Assembly (NCBI GenBank): GCA_964016885.1
Contig: OZ024746.1
Location: 63,674,001 to 63,738,000 of the forward strand
Reading direction: 5' to 3'
Origin: Eledone cirrhosa
Taxonomy: Eukaryota
Length of the DNA stretch: 64,000 nucleotides
Under the pieces are notes generated by a model, which saw nothing but the letters and a program-made list of their open reading frames with translations, searched no databases and had not been told where the DNA came from. Positions 37,881 through 51,693 of the stretch are shown one piece after another; position 1 is the stretch's first letter; each line of letters opens with the position of its first letter. A program made the position numbers and the translations under genes.

Positions 37881-39250
37881 TATATATATATATTTATTAA
37901 AATAACAGATTAAAGTTTAAGCAAAGAATCGCTGCTTTCACCCTTAACGGGATCACCTGAAACTAAAAAAGTCAATCTGTGAACGCAGAAGTAAATATTT
38001 CAAAAAACGTTGCAACCGGAGGAAGACAGGAAGACGATATTTTGGTTCATGGAAACGTTCCCTGGCAAAGAACGGGAAAAAACGAAGATAATACGTCATT
38101 ATTTAGAGCGGTGAAAAACAATTACATGCAAAGACAAAACCACATTTATGGTATAAAAGAAGTCGTAGACTAATATTCTCTTAGGTGGTTCATCGAGTCG
38201 TTCTCTGGCAATGAACGGAAAAAACGAAGATAATACGTCATTATGTGGAGGGGGGAGAACAATTGCACGCAAAGACAAAACCACGTAAATGGTATAGCTG
38301 AAGTCGTAGACTAAAATTCTAACTAGGAAACTGAATGATTCTTGGCTTCAGAGTTAAGAATAAAGTAAATAAAATACAGAGGTAATTAAAATTAAATAAA
38401 TACATACACGCATCCAAATACGTACATACACAAGCATACGCTAAAACACTCGCTATAGGTATACAAAAACAAGCACGTACACAAAAAAAACCCACACGCA
38501 CATACAGAACCCAGGCCACGCCTGTACCCGCACACATACGAATGTATACACCAAATACACATAAAAATATATATAAAAAAAAAAAAATATATATATATAT
38601 GTGTGTGTGTGTGCGTGTATACATATAATTAAATAAATGTATATAAATAAATAAATATGTATATAACGCGCGCACACACATACCTACATGTAAATACACA
38701 TATGTTCGGAGACGTACGTCAACCAAAACACAAAGTACACATATACACACACCCTACATACGTACGAACCCGCCGACTCACACAGACGCAAAAGTCGCGT
38801 ATACACATAACCAAATGCATATGTACCAGAATATATAATATATACGCCATAACATATACAATCAAATATACGTACGAGAAAGTATACATACCTTCACAAA
38901 ACATACAGGTAATATATACTTACCTATACAAATAAGTAATGGTATAAACATAACATATACTGGTTTGAACAGAAAGAGGCATGAGAATTCTGGCTGGATA
39001 TGGTCTGTTTAATGTTAAAGGGTTAAGATCATTGTCAGTTACATAGATACACACACAGACACTCACACATACACACACTTGTATCGGTCTAGGTGGGCCC
39101 CCTAGGCTATAATTCTAAACACATAACTTATTACACATGTAATTACGAATCCTTAACTACAACAACGTAAAGAAAACGCTTAATCTCTAATAAGACTAGA
39201 AGTTAAGACCAATCTCTTGTTTATTTAAAAAATGTAATATTTCGGATAAA

Positions 39251-39497
39251 ATGGCAACTGCATCTAAAAAAAACTGTACACAATATTCCGTCAAATAAAA
39301 ACGTTAAATTTTTTTTACTTGCTTTCCCCACATCTTATTTAGTTAAGTCAGGTTTCAGTCAGGTGATGTATCTGCTTTCAAAAAGTCAAAATCGCCTTGA
39401 TATAGAAAGAAGAGGTGATTTACAACTCTCTCTAACGGCTTTCACACCAAACATTGACAAATTAGTAGCCTTGCATCAATCACAGAGACCTCATTAA
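39251..39497 (+). pseudogene. Internally deleted Buster/Charlie-type hAT transposase remnant
   Basis: MATASKKNCTQYSVK N-terminus joined to C-terminal FLLAFPTSYLVKSGFSQVMYLLSKSQNRLDIERRGDLQLSLTAFTPNIDKLVALHQSQRPH*. Confidence 0.7.
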
Positions 39498-40244
39498 AAA
39501 CCGATTATTATATCCTTTGATTTGTAAATATAAATAAATGATTTGATATCTAAATTCTATATTATTCAATTTGTTTGAAATGTAATACATGCTTATGTTA
39601 TTCTCGATACTCAGGTTTTTAACCTAATATTTAATTAAAAGTATAATTATGCATGAGTATATACACACAAATATCTATATCTATATATTGTGTGTATATA
39701 TAATATTTTTATTTATGTTGTTGCCTTTTATCATTAGTCACATTTTAGAACAATTTGGTATTTGCGACATTTCCTGGACTTTTGCTCTATGTTTTGTTTT
39801 TCGTCGATTATTTGACGTGTTTTACATTCTTTAGTGTTGAATATCAAATCAAGCAAATTGCATTATTCCAAGTGTGTCAATATAGTGCTCATTGTGGGTA
39901 TGGTGTGGTGAGTAGTGGCCGGAGGCTGGGCGTGCTTGACCGGGAGCGTGCTCGACCGGAAGGGCGAGCAGATGTGACGTCAGCTTGACGGCGGTCATCG
40001 GACTGAGACAGACGTACGATTTGAGGCTGCGATCGGCGAGCTGGATTGTACACACGTGGAAGAGAGGAAAACCAGCCAACGATTTTGCCAGGACCAGAGA
40101 AATGCGGTAAGTGAAGTGGCTTTCTAATCACAAGCTATTTCGGCACTTAAAGACTTATAGAAAAAAAAAAAAAAAGGAAAAAGGAAGAATTTTTTTTAAA
40201 GACAAAGCCACTGGAAAACAGTGTCAATATAGTGCTCATTAACA

Positions 40245-42920
40245 ATGCTGCCTAAAAAAACTTACAAAACTGGCCAATAAAGAGGAGAGAAGCTAAACAA
40301 GCTGCCACGGAAGAATCTGCAAAGAAATGTCATCTAATCACAAGTTTTCTGAAAAGTCAACAGTCTTCGTCAACAAGTAGTGACGCATCCCAAAGCAACG
40401 TAACTGCCGGAATTTCCGGCGAGTCGGTCTGGTCAGATGAACTGGAGAAACAGAAAAGCACTGGAGAGTCACGAGAACCTGACGTCGAAGATGCCTCAGG
40501 TCCATCGTCGTAGTCACTGAAGATGTAGTTCCAACTGGGGATCCAAACTCAATAGAGGGAAAAATGGCTGTATCGGAATCTGAAAATGAAAATGATTCAG
40601 AGGAAACTACATTGGCAAAACAAATCCCAGAGTATGAGCCAGTAGAATGCATGTTGAATTTACAAGAGAAGTATCCAAGCGACCCGAAACATTTCGAGGA
40701 CAGACCATTGACGACACCTCTAATTCGCGCCCTCATGGCCGTTGGTCCTTGTCAGCCAGGATTGAAAGATAATTTTGCTGATTTCCCTCTCGACTCGAAC
40801 CACAGAAAATTCAACATCAGTTGGTACAAGAGAAAGTGTGCTGGAATCCATAAAGTTGACCGACACTGGTTAGTATACTCTCCTGAATCCAACAGACTAT
40901 ATTACTTTTGATGTTGGCTGTTGGCTGATATAAATGCCGAATCTTACTCGAAGACTTGGGCTAATCCAGAGTGTGGGATGGCAAACTTCAAAAAGGGAAT
41001 CGAAAAATTGCCAAGCATGAGAAAAGTGCCATTCACATCAATGCACAAAAGCAATACTTCATGACAAAATATCGTTTGGACGCAGATAAAACAGTGATCG
41101 ATAACCTCATCCATGAAGAGAAGAAGCGAATTGAACAAAATTGCCAGATATTGAGGCGATTGCTTGATTGTACGTTATTTCTCGCAAAACAAGGCCTGGC
41201 CTTCAGAGGTCACAGGGAATATGCTGGACTTGGTGCCAAATCAGAAAATGAAGGAAACTTTATTGAATTGTTGAAATTGATGGCCAAGTATGATGCGATC
41301 TTGGAAAGCCATTTATTCTCGCCTGGGCGCACTAAAAGACAGCCTATGTACTTAAGTCTAAAATTACAAAACGGATTCATAGAATGCTTGGCTAACGAAT
41401 GTACTCAACAAATAATCACGGAAGTGAAAGCGGCAAAATACTATTCAGTCATCGTCGATTCCACAATAGACATTTCGCATCAGGATCAATGCTCTGTGTC
41501 ACTGCGATATGTATCGAAAAGTGGCCACGCACAGGATCATTTCCTGTCGTTTTGTGAACTAGAATCAGCAGCCACTGAATCACTTTACGATACGCTTATG
41601 AAAGTTCTTTTCCAGGATCTATCCTTGGATGCTCAATATATTAGGGATAAGCTTACGACGGAGCGTCGAATATGTCCGGCCATATTTCTGGGCTTCAGGC
41701 TAGAGTTAAAGAGGGATGCTCTTCGAAAGCTGTTTACGTCCATTGTTGCGCTCATAACCTGAACCTGGTGTTAATCGATGCTAGCCAATCGTCAGTGGAT
41801 GGTAAATTATTTTTTGGTATATTGGAGAGCCTGTATGTTTTCTTAACATCAAGTTTGCCAAGGCTGAAAATCCCCAAAGAAGAACAAGAAAAACTATTGA
41901 CTTCAACGGTATTAACATTAAAAAGACTCTCAGATACGCGCTGGTTTAGTCACATTCAGGCTGTAGAGGCTACCATTAACGACTTACCGGCAGTAATAAG
42001 TGCACTAGAGAGGATAATAAGTGGGGCTGTTCACAACACTGCTCCAAAAGTATTAGCCGAGGCCAGAGGTTTGCTACTAAATGTGAGCAAGTTTGAATTC
42101 ATTTTCATGTTGAAGTTTTTTCAGAATTTACTTAATATTCTGTTACACAATATTTGCAGAAGGAGGCTATAGACTTATATTCCGTGGACGTCATGATTAA
42201 AAATGTAGTAAAAGAAATTGAAGACATCCGCTCAAATGAATATTTTGACCGAACATTATCAGACACTAAAAATCAAGTTGAACCAGAGTTTACAACAGAA
42301 AAACGGAAAAAAAAAAAGAAGCGTTTTCATGACAAAAATGTGACGAGTCTCATGAGACGATGGGTCAGCATTTTAAACGAGACATTTATTTCACTATCTT
42401 AGATAGAATCATTAGTAGCTTTAACGAACGTTTTACCGACTTGCACGATCTAGTGAAGGATTTTTCGTGCTTGATACTGGTGCACTTCGACGACGATGAC
42501 ACATGCAATAGAGAGAGAATCGGTAATCTTGTGAAATTCTACGAGGGTGACATCGAAAATGACACTATCTTCGACGAGTATTTATCATTCAAAGATTTTT
42601 ACAAGGAAGTGTGTTTAGATAAATCCATATCGAGTTCTGAGATCATTCCATTTAGGATTTCTAATGACTTAGATAGAGCCTATCCGAACGTGTTTGCCTT
42701 ATACAAAATGTTCATAACTATTCCGGTTAGCTCGGCGCAGGCTGAGCGAACCTTCAGCAGGCTCAAACTGATAAAGAATTATTTGCGTAGTACCATGAGT
42801 GAAGAGCGGTTGAATGCTCTGGCAATGATGTACATAGAGCGAGAACTAGCTGAAAAAATTGACTGAAAAAATCGTGATTGAAAAATTTTCTAAAGTAAAA
42901 CATCGCAAATTAGAACTGTA
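40245..42920 (+). pseudogene. hAT transposase pseudogene (TTF-type Zn finger, DUF4371-like region, hAT dimerisation domain)
   Basis: RHWLVYSP, LAKQGLAFRGHRE, YYSVIVDSTIDISHQDQ, YVHCCAHNLNL, LKRLSDTRW, TIPVSSAQAERTFSRLKLIKNYLRSTMSEERL across five or more frames with stops. Confidence 0.92.
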
Positions 42921-43261
42921 GAACAAGTGATGTGCTCGAATGTGAAAGTAAAGTTTTAGATGGACGATTTGTTGTACATACCAATTTTTGTTGGTGAATA
43001 ATCAATTGCAAAACTAGTTTTATTGGATGTTGTTTTTTTTCTGAAGATAGACCACCGTCTTTGCAGTTAATAAAGTTTTCACGGAACGTGCTAACTCTGT
43101 AATCTATGATGCTGTCTACTCTATTATAAATTATCTATTCTATATGCGTGTCTGAACATATTTCCTTGCAGCCGATGGAAATTGGAAATGAGCGCATGGA
43201 ATTGGTGGGCCCCCTTTAGATCGACCCCCCCCCCCGGCTTTAAAAGCTAGTTATGCCACTG

Positions 43262-43850
43262 CAACCAACTAGATGATTTTCATAAAGGTTGTCTTTGGAA
43301 AATCTGTGATTAAACCCTTGATGACAACATACCTAATGCTGACCTCTTCCCTAAGTACAAAATTAGAGGCATTGAGACATTTTCCATTCAATCACAACTA
43401 TGCTGAGCTGGTCATGTTATCAGAATGAGTGATATAAGAATTCTTTATGTCTTCATGTACAGCCAGCTTAATGGTGGACATAGAAATGTTGGATGACCAT
43501 GGCTCAAGTACAAATATCATACAAACTGAAGAGTAATCTTTCAGCAATCAATATATCTTATGAAACATTTGAACAAGTGGCCCTTGGAACAGAAAGACTG
43601 GAGATCTGTGTGTTATAATGAGATCAGGTACTTTGAATCTAGCTGTATCCATTGGTTACAAGAAGTAAGAGGGAAGTAAAAGCATTATCAAACATACCAG
43701 CAACATTAACTCATAATCCTCAACTAAGCACAATCTGTGGATTTGATTTTAAATCCTTGGCAGGACTAAAATATTATACTAGACATATGCATCCAAACTG
43801 AATGAACTGAACATGTTGATCCTCAAACTTCAAAATCAACAGGAGAGTCC
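43262..43850 (+). mobile_element. Highly decayed RTE-like LINE 3' remnant
   Basis: caactatgctgagctggtcatgttatcagaatg resembles QLRWAGHVIRM. Confidence 0.45.
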
Positions 43851-44473
43851 ATCATATATTTATTAAGAGGAATATATACATATGTAAGAAGCAAAGAAAA
43901 TATCAGTGATACGAAAGCATTTCCTGGTGGAAGTTCAGGTAAACCCCGGATGTAGATCCAGTTTCAGAGTGAAAAACAAAACCTGTCAATGGGCAGAGGA
44001 ACTCAGCAGAATCAACGGCCATCCAATAACGTTATTTTGTTTGTTTGTGGAGCAAGAGACTCTGAGTCTTCATTAAGACATCTCTCTAGGAGAAGGTCAC
44101 TCTGATATAAAACCTGTGACTTCGTTTGCATCCAATGATGTAGACCAGTTCTTCTTTTTGGGCAATTGCATTCGATGTTCAGAGAGTGGGATTGGCTCCA
44201 TGCAAAGCCTTTCCTTACTTAAAAAAGCTTCAAGCACAGGTATTGCTTGATATGTGACATTTACTGCGATGCATGGCATTGCTGCCCATGGGAAAGTCCC
44301 TAGTAGGACTAAAAAATCACGTCTGTGATGCTCATGTTTAAGTACCAAGCAATGGTATTTCTTGAAATCGAGTTGACAGCCACCATGTATGTATGTATGT
44401 ATGTATGTATGTATGTATGTATGTATGTATGTATGTATGTATGTATGTATGTATGTATGTATGCATGTATGTA

Positions 44474-44519
<46 letters not shown>

Positions 44520-44521
<2 letters not shown>

Positions 44522-45127
44522 AGGTCACCAGTTGGTGCTACTGGTAACATGTATCCCAGTACAACCTGTCCCATGGTCGGGTCGTTGGCAACTAAATTGG
44601 CAACCCCACGAAGGTTTCTTGTGAGGAGGGTGACTTTGGACATCCTGCAGGACTAAAAACAAAACCTGTCAAAGGGCAAAGGAGCTCTTAAGAGTCAATG
44701 GCCATCCAAAATCACCGGGAGAGATGACCCCTTAGCCTTTGTCAAGGCAGAATTCTAGGAGAAGGAAAACTCTGATATAACACCTGCAACCCTGATGGTA
44801 TCCAATGATGTTGACTTGTTCTTCTTTTTGGTAAATATCATCTTGGTTAAGAGAGTGGGACTGGCTTTGTGCAGTGCCTTTGCTCACTATAAAAGCTTCA
44901 CGGCACAGGCATTGCTTTATATCTGGAGATCTCTCTGCACTTGTCATCACATGGTACCATGGGCCCAGCACTATGTGTCAATAATTGTCACAGGTGTAGT
45001 GTTTGTACCAGAGTTTTCAAGTCGCTGGCTAGACTAAAAAGTCACACTTGTTCAGCGCATCGGTAGGGGTTCTCCTACATGGATATAAAGTAGTGACCGT
45101 ACTTGAAAACGAGTTGGCAGCCACCAT
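44520..45127 (+). mobile_element. ~600-bp non-autonomous element (RTE 5' UTR-like) in a microsatellite
   Basis: Near-identical copy at 51694-52258 and a diverged copy at about 43960-44385; contains ctaggagaaggaaaactctga. Confidence 0.7.
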
Positions 45128-45128
45128 G

Positions 45129-45166
<38 letters not shown>

Positions 45167-45261
45167 AGCAAAAAGTAAATAGAAATAACAAAGAAAACGA
45201 CACAAGAGGACCTCTTATGAACGTGACCTGAGCATTACTGTCAGCAGCAATTTGCGTTGGA

Positions 45262-45972
45262 CAAAGCACGTCTCTAAGATTGTCAAGAAAGCCGAGGGTA
45301 TTTTGGCATCACTCAGCAAGACCTTTGTTAGCCGCTCTCCAGCCATCTATTTAAAGATGTATACAGCTATGGTATGACCACACTTGGAATTCGCATCATC
45401 AGTCTGGAACCCCATATCTTGCTCAGAACATTGACCTCCTGGAAACTGTTCAGAGACGTGCAACCAAGCGCATACCCTCCATCAGACACCTACCATATTC
45501 TGAACGCCTTGCTTCCCGGGGCATGGATTCATTGAAGCTCTGACGTCTGGCAATGGACTTGGTAAACACCCACAAAGTGATTAACCATCTCACCAACAAC
45601 AACCCTGAGCACCTTTTTGATCTCCATGTGTCTAACACACGTGGACATACCTACAAAGTCAGAAAACAGCACAGCTCCCATGACTTTCGGAGACATTTTT
45701 TCACGGTCGGAGTTGCTGAAGCATGGAACAAACTGCCTGCGTCAGTTGTTAACTGCCGAGACACTGCATCCTTTAAAACCCTCATGCTTCCCAAAATTCG
45801 CCAAAACTACAGCTGATGTCCCCCTTCCATACACATGCACACATGTGTGTATCATGACTCGTGCACTGTTCATTTTTCTGACGTTTGTACATTACCCTAT
45901 GTACTATACATACACTTTTGATGAGTTGTAGTGCACCTGAGCACTGTACACAATATTTTCATTATTATTATT
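45262..45972 (+). mobile_element. CR1/L2-like LINE 3' end
   Basis: LEFASSVWNP, NTRGHTYKV, AEAWNKLP remnants; (ATT)n tail. Confidence 0.85.
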
Positions 45973-46169
45973 TTATTTTAATACAATGAAGAAATATATT
46001 AGTTTCACACTTGATATAGTAGGAAAGGGGTCAATACATTTAAAACTCTAGTCCTTCATCAGAAGATAGAATGAGAAATAAAAAAATGAAATAAAAAGAT
46101 AGACAGTAAGAAGAGGAGGAAAAGGAAAAACATTTTTTTGAGAAAAAAACGTGTTCAGTCAGCCATTTT

Positions 46170-46323
46170 TTATGTATGTATTTATGTATGTATATATATA
46201 TATATATCCAAATATATATATATATATGCACACATATATACTTACACACACACACATATATATATATACATATATATATACATACATATTATATATATAT
46301 ATATAATATATATATACATACAT

Positions 46324-46379
<56 letters not shown>

Positions 46380-46470
46380 TATATATATGCATACATATTA
46401 TATATACATATATACACACAAATATATATATATACATATACATACGTAAATATATATATATACACACATA

Positions 46471-46508
<38 letters not shown>

Positions 46509-46684
46509 CATATATATATGCATACATATTATATATACATATATACACACAAATATATATATATACATATACATACGTAAATATATATATATACACACAT
46601 ATATATACATAAATATACATACATATTATATTTATATGCAAACACACATACACATACACACACACACATTTTATATACATAGAC

Positions 46685-46720
<36 letters not shown>
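46170..46720. repeat. (TA)n / (TACA)n compound microsatellite
   Basis: Seen directly. Confidence 0.95.
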
Positions 46721-46721
<1 letters not shown>

Positions 46722-47769
46722 AAGGAAAGAGAAAAGGTGGAGGGGGGAGAAGAAAAACCAGGTAGGAATACAAAGACTTTACATTCAAGAAATACAAAGA
46801 TTCTTAGATGAACATTTCTGTGTTGCTAGTATGGAGCCTCTGGATGCTGACGTACTTAGAAATTCTTGCATTGTTTAAAGGACTAAAAGACTCTTCGTTT
46901 CACCACTTCACTTTCTCTTCTCTGCATAGATATTCCTGTCTAGGATTCATTTTTCAGATGTTCTTCATAAAAGACATCTCTAGTAAATGACCTCCATAAT
47001 ATTATTCATTACATAAAATATACTTGATAGAAATATAACCAGTAGCTTTTTTTAATAATATACCTAGATAAAGTTAATGAGCATGGTAAACTAATAGTAC
47101 CACCCACCTTTTATGGAGAGTTTTTTTTTCTTTTTTAATTAGTCGTTTATTCAAGTATTCTTGACAAGAAAAAAAAAAAAAAATGAAAGCAATTGCGTGA
47201 GTTTTTATAAAATTTGAAAAAGTTTAAAAGTGCAAGTCTTTATCTGTAGAACATAACATTAAGCAAATAATGTTTCTTTTTTTTTTTTTAAATAAAAAAA
47301 AAAAAAAAAATAAAATAATAAAAATGAAAAATAAAGTAGAATAATAATAAAAAAAAAATATTAATTGCGATAGTAAGCAAATAGCAGCAGCTAATCGTTA
47401 ATTTAATTATTATTGAAAATGAAAACGAAAGTAATTGTGTTAAGTTTTATAGAATTTTAAAATTTGTAAAGGTTATTCTATTTATTAGCTGAACATGTAG
47501 AGAGGCCAACGGAAATATCTGGTTATGTGTTTTTTTGTGAATTGTTGAGAGGAAATCATTTGAACAAAGAACAGCGATACAGTTAAATGAACTGAGAGAG
47601 AGAGAGACAACAACAGCAATAACAACAACAATAATAACAATAATATTGATTTTTTTTTTCTCTCTATAGCAGAAAGAAAAGGAAATATGCAAAAGTGGCA
47701 ACACCCAAAGTGAAGGGCATTAGTGATGTTAGAGAAGAAATGGTATGGTTTCCAACTGGAGAATTCTTG

Positions 47770-47828
47770 CAACAGCAACAAACAGCAACAACCAACAACA
47801 ACAACAATAACAAATAGCAACCACCACC

Positions 47829-47860
<32 letters not shown>

Positions 47861-48235
47861 CACCACTACCGCCAGCACCACCACTGCCACTAACAACAAC
47901 AATAACAACAAACAGCAATAACAACAAACAGCAACAACCAACAACAACAACAATAACAAATAGCAACCACCACCATCACCACCAACAACAACACCACCAC
48001 CACCGCCACTAACAACAACAATAACAACAAACAGCAATAACAACAAACAGCAATAACCAACAACAACAACAACAAATAGCAACCACCACCACCACCACCA
48101 ATAACAACAACATCACCACTATCACCAGCACCACCAACACCACCACCACCACCACTAACAACAACAATAACAACAAACAGCAAGAACCAACAACAACAAC
48201 AATAACAAATAGCAACCACCACCACCACCACCACC

Positions 48236-48266
<31 letters not shown>

Positions 48267-48298
48267 CCACTACTACCACCAACACCACCACCACCACC

Positions 48299-48330
<32 letters not shown>

Positions 48331-48345
48331 CAACACCAATGACAA
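47770..48345. repeat. (CAA)n / (CAC)n compound trinucleotide array with higher-order ~120-bp repetition
   Basis: Seen directly; recurring caaatagcaaccacc junctions. Confidence 0.9.
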
Positions 48346-48361
48346 CAAAAATCCTAAAAAT

Positions 48362-48760
48362 AATAATAATTGTTTCAACTTTTTTGGCACAAGGCCAGCA
48401 ATTAACCAGTGCATTACTGGTACTTTATTCTATCGACTCCGGAAGGATGAAAGGCAAAGTTAACCTCGGCGGGATTTGAACTCAGATCATACAGGGAGGT
48501 AACTCTATGCTGGAAAGCATGGCGTCCGACTCCCTACCGATACTGCCAATCCACCGCCTAAAAATAATAATAATTGTTTCTACTTTAGGCACAAGGCCAG
48601 CAATTACCCAGTACATTACTGGTACTTTATTTTATCGACCCCATAAGGATGAAAGGCAAAGTTAACCTCGGCGGGATTTGAACTCAGACTGTAAAGGGAC
48701 GTAACTATGCTAGAAAGCATGGCGTCCAACCCTCTACCGATACTGCCAATTCACCGCCCT
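48362..48760 (-). mobile_element. Tandem pair of SINE family A
   Basis: Two ~195-bp units, each preceded by (AAT)n. Confidence 0.85.
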
Positions 48761-48986
48761 GAAAATAATAATAAGGATACTTTATTATGTATTTTTCATA
48801 TTTTGTTTTTTTTCTAATAAAATAATTCCTTGAGCTGGAATACTCAGAATGTAGAATAAATTTTTATACAGTATTGCAATTGAAAAGCAATATTTCTGCC
48901 AAAAATATTTCTGACATAGTTCTCAGAAGTGCTTTACAATAAAAGGGTATGTAAAAAACAACAACAACAACAATAACAAAAACTAA

Positions 48987-49033
<47 letters not shown>

Positions 49034-49272
49034 ACAACAACAACAAAAAAAGATATAGACTCCTAAAACAAAACCTCTTGAGCAAATAAGTTGATGCCAA
49101 AAATGTCATGTAATATTTCCTTAGTTTCTAAAATAGCTACTTTCAGAGATAAAGAATTTTCTTTTGTTTAACAACTAACGAAAATAGTTGTTTGAATTGC
49201 AATATTATTTTTAGAAATGGAATGAAACAAAAACAAACAAACAAATAAATAAATAAACAGAGGTGAGTAGGA

Positions 49273-49279
<7 letters not shown>

Positions 49280-49306
<27 letters not shown>

Positions 49307-49396
49307 GTTTATATGTGCATATATGTGTGTGTATATAAATATATATAATTATGATGATGTATATAAAGAAGTAAAGAAGTTCATATATGTATGTGT

Positions 49397-49439
<43 letters not shown>

Positions 49440-49567
49440 AAAAATATAGGAGATAAATAAATTGGGTATGAGACCATGTATATATATATAAATATATATA
49501 TATACATATATACATATATATATAAACATATATACATATACACACACACACATATATATATATGTAT

Positions 49568-49604
<37 letters not shown>

Positions 49605-49638
49605 CATATATATATACATATATACATACATATATTAC

Positions 49639-49716
<78 letters not shown>

Positions 49717-49805
49717 GTATGTATATATGTATATATATATGTATGTATATATATATGTATACATATATATATATATGTGTGTGTGTATATGTATATATAT
49801 ATATA
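49280..49805. repeat. (TA)n compound microsatellite
   Basis: Seen directly. Confidence 0.95.
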
Positions 49806-50024
49806 AATCAGGAAAGAAGAGTGACACGGTTTGCTATACACTCTTCTTTCCTGATTTATCATTACTCCAAGTGTTTACAACATAGAACTTACCTCGTACT
49901 CGCAGCATCACTATGGAAACGCCTTGTTGAGTCAAACTTAGCCAAGCGTTGATATCATCCACTACTCGGAGTACCATAACTGGACTACACTTAAGTGGAC
50001 TACCTATAACAATAATCTGTTACC

Positions 50025-50063
<39 letters not shown>

Positions 50064-50913
50064 TATATATATAATTATATATAAGTATATATAAATATAT
50101 AAGTATATATATATATATATATATACTTTGTTTACAACAAATGAAGTTATGTTAAGCAGTGGGTGCTCTTTCTCTCTAGCGGTAATTATTTATCAAATAA
50201 TAACAGTCTAATATAGATATGATAACTTAATATAAAAATAAAGAAACAAGTATATAAAAAAAGACAAACCTGAGTAGCTATAAATAGCTCCCACCACTCC
50301 CCAAAAAGGTGTTTTGTTATAAAAAGTCAACGGTTATTGACTTTGCTGCTCAGTTGTAAACATTGAAAGTATGTCATTTTAAAGCTGCAATATGAAGAAA
50401 AAAAAATCATTGATTCTAGTAGAAAAAAAAAAAGCCAGTAAGTTTCCTTCTAGTTTGTATTCCATGAACTTATTTTGATTCCTGGTTGTATTTTCATAAA
50501 TTGATTTATGTTGCAGAAAGACTAATGCCCTTAGGAAAAGGGCATTAGTGTAATATTTCCCTGGTTTCTGCCTTTACCAAACATTTTAGGCTTCATGTTT
50601 ACTTTGAAGGAGAGAAGAGGAAATTACTTCAGTGTATTTATGTAATTATACACAATCTTACAAGGCAGCAATTTGGCAGAGTCGTTAGAATGTCGGATAA
50701 AATTACTTACAGTATCTCTTCCAGCTTCCTGTGTTCGAAGTTCAAATCACATCAAGCTTACATAGATTTACTTTTCATTTCTTTGTGTTCAATACATAAA
50801 ATATCAATCAATGCATTGATCAACCTATGAACTCTTGCTGAAGATGCCACACAGTGAGAAAATTGAAACCATGTGGTTTCAAAGAAAACTCTAACCACAC
50901 AGTCATGTTTGCA

Positions 50914-50959
<46 letters not shown>

Positions 50960-51039
50960 ACAATCTGTTTATTTGTCTATCAGTCTATCTACCTAGATAG
51001 ATAGAAATATATATATATTATACATATATCTGTTTGTGG

Positions 51040-51648
51040 AAGACCAGCAGTTGCCCAAGCATAGCAGTCTCCCTTCTCCACGCCACCAATGTTGCCCAAG
51101 GGAAAGGCAATGACTGATACAGCTTGGCACCTGTGACGTTGCAACTCATTTCTATAGCTGAGTAACCTGGAGCAATGTAAAATAAAGTGTCTTGCTCAAG
51201 GACATAACGCATCACCCGGTCTGAGAATTGAACTCATAACCTTTTAACTGCAAGCCCCATGCTCTAACCACTAAGTCATATTATATATATATATATGTAT
51301 GTATATATATATGGAGGCACATGGCTTAGTGGTTAGAGCATTGGCCTTGCAATCAAAGGTTGTGAGTTCAATTCTCAGACCGGGTGATGTGTTGTTTCCT
51401 TGAGCAAGACACTTTATTTTACAGTTTACTCAGCTGTAGAAATGAGATGATAGGGACTGGGGTCCATATCATTCCACTGCAAAGTGGTCGTGGAGGTGCC
51501 ACGGCAAAAAAGCACCCAGCACTCACTGTAAATGAGGTTGGTGTTAGGAAGGGCATCCAGCTGTAGAAATCAAGCCAGAATCAGTTCCCGTCACACCCTT
51601 GCAAGCAGGGAAAAGCGAACGTAAAATGAAATGATGATGATGAATGAT
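51040..51648. mobile_element. Head-to-head pair of family B-type SINEs separated by (TA)n
   Basis: Minus copy about 51040-51280 and plus copy 51312-51648. Confidence 0.78.
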
Positions 51649-51649
51649 G

Positions 51650-51689
<40 letters not shown>

Positions 51690-51693
51690 GTTG

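Larger units (their letters stand above)
39085..43261 (+). mobile_element. hAT (Ac/ZMYM1-like) DNA transposon, decayed
   Basis: Right end tagttatgccactg (TIR CAGTGGCATAACTA), subterminal ggtgggccccc at both ends, transposase pseudogene inside; left TIR not recognisable. Confidence 0.75.

Noticed and set aside
40564-42866. Domesticated ZMYM1-like host gene
   Set aside because: Multiple frameshifts and stops plus a retained TIR indicate a dead transposon.
45995-46070. Minus-strand CTGATGA...GAAA hammerhead candidate
   Set aside because: Stems I and II do not pair convincingly.
50521-50550. Small hairpin actaatgccctt/aagggcattagt
   Set aside because: Isolated 12-bp stem with no supporting context.
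51312-51390. tRNA gene
   Set aside because: The tRNA-like head continues into a SINE body and tail and is present in many copies.
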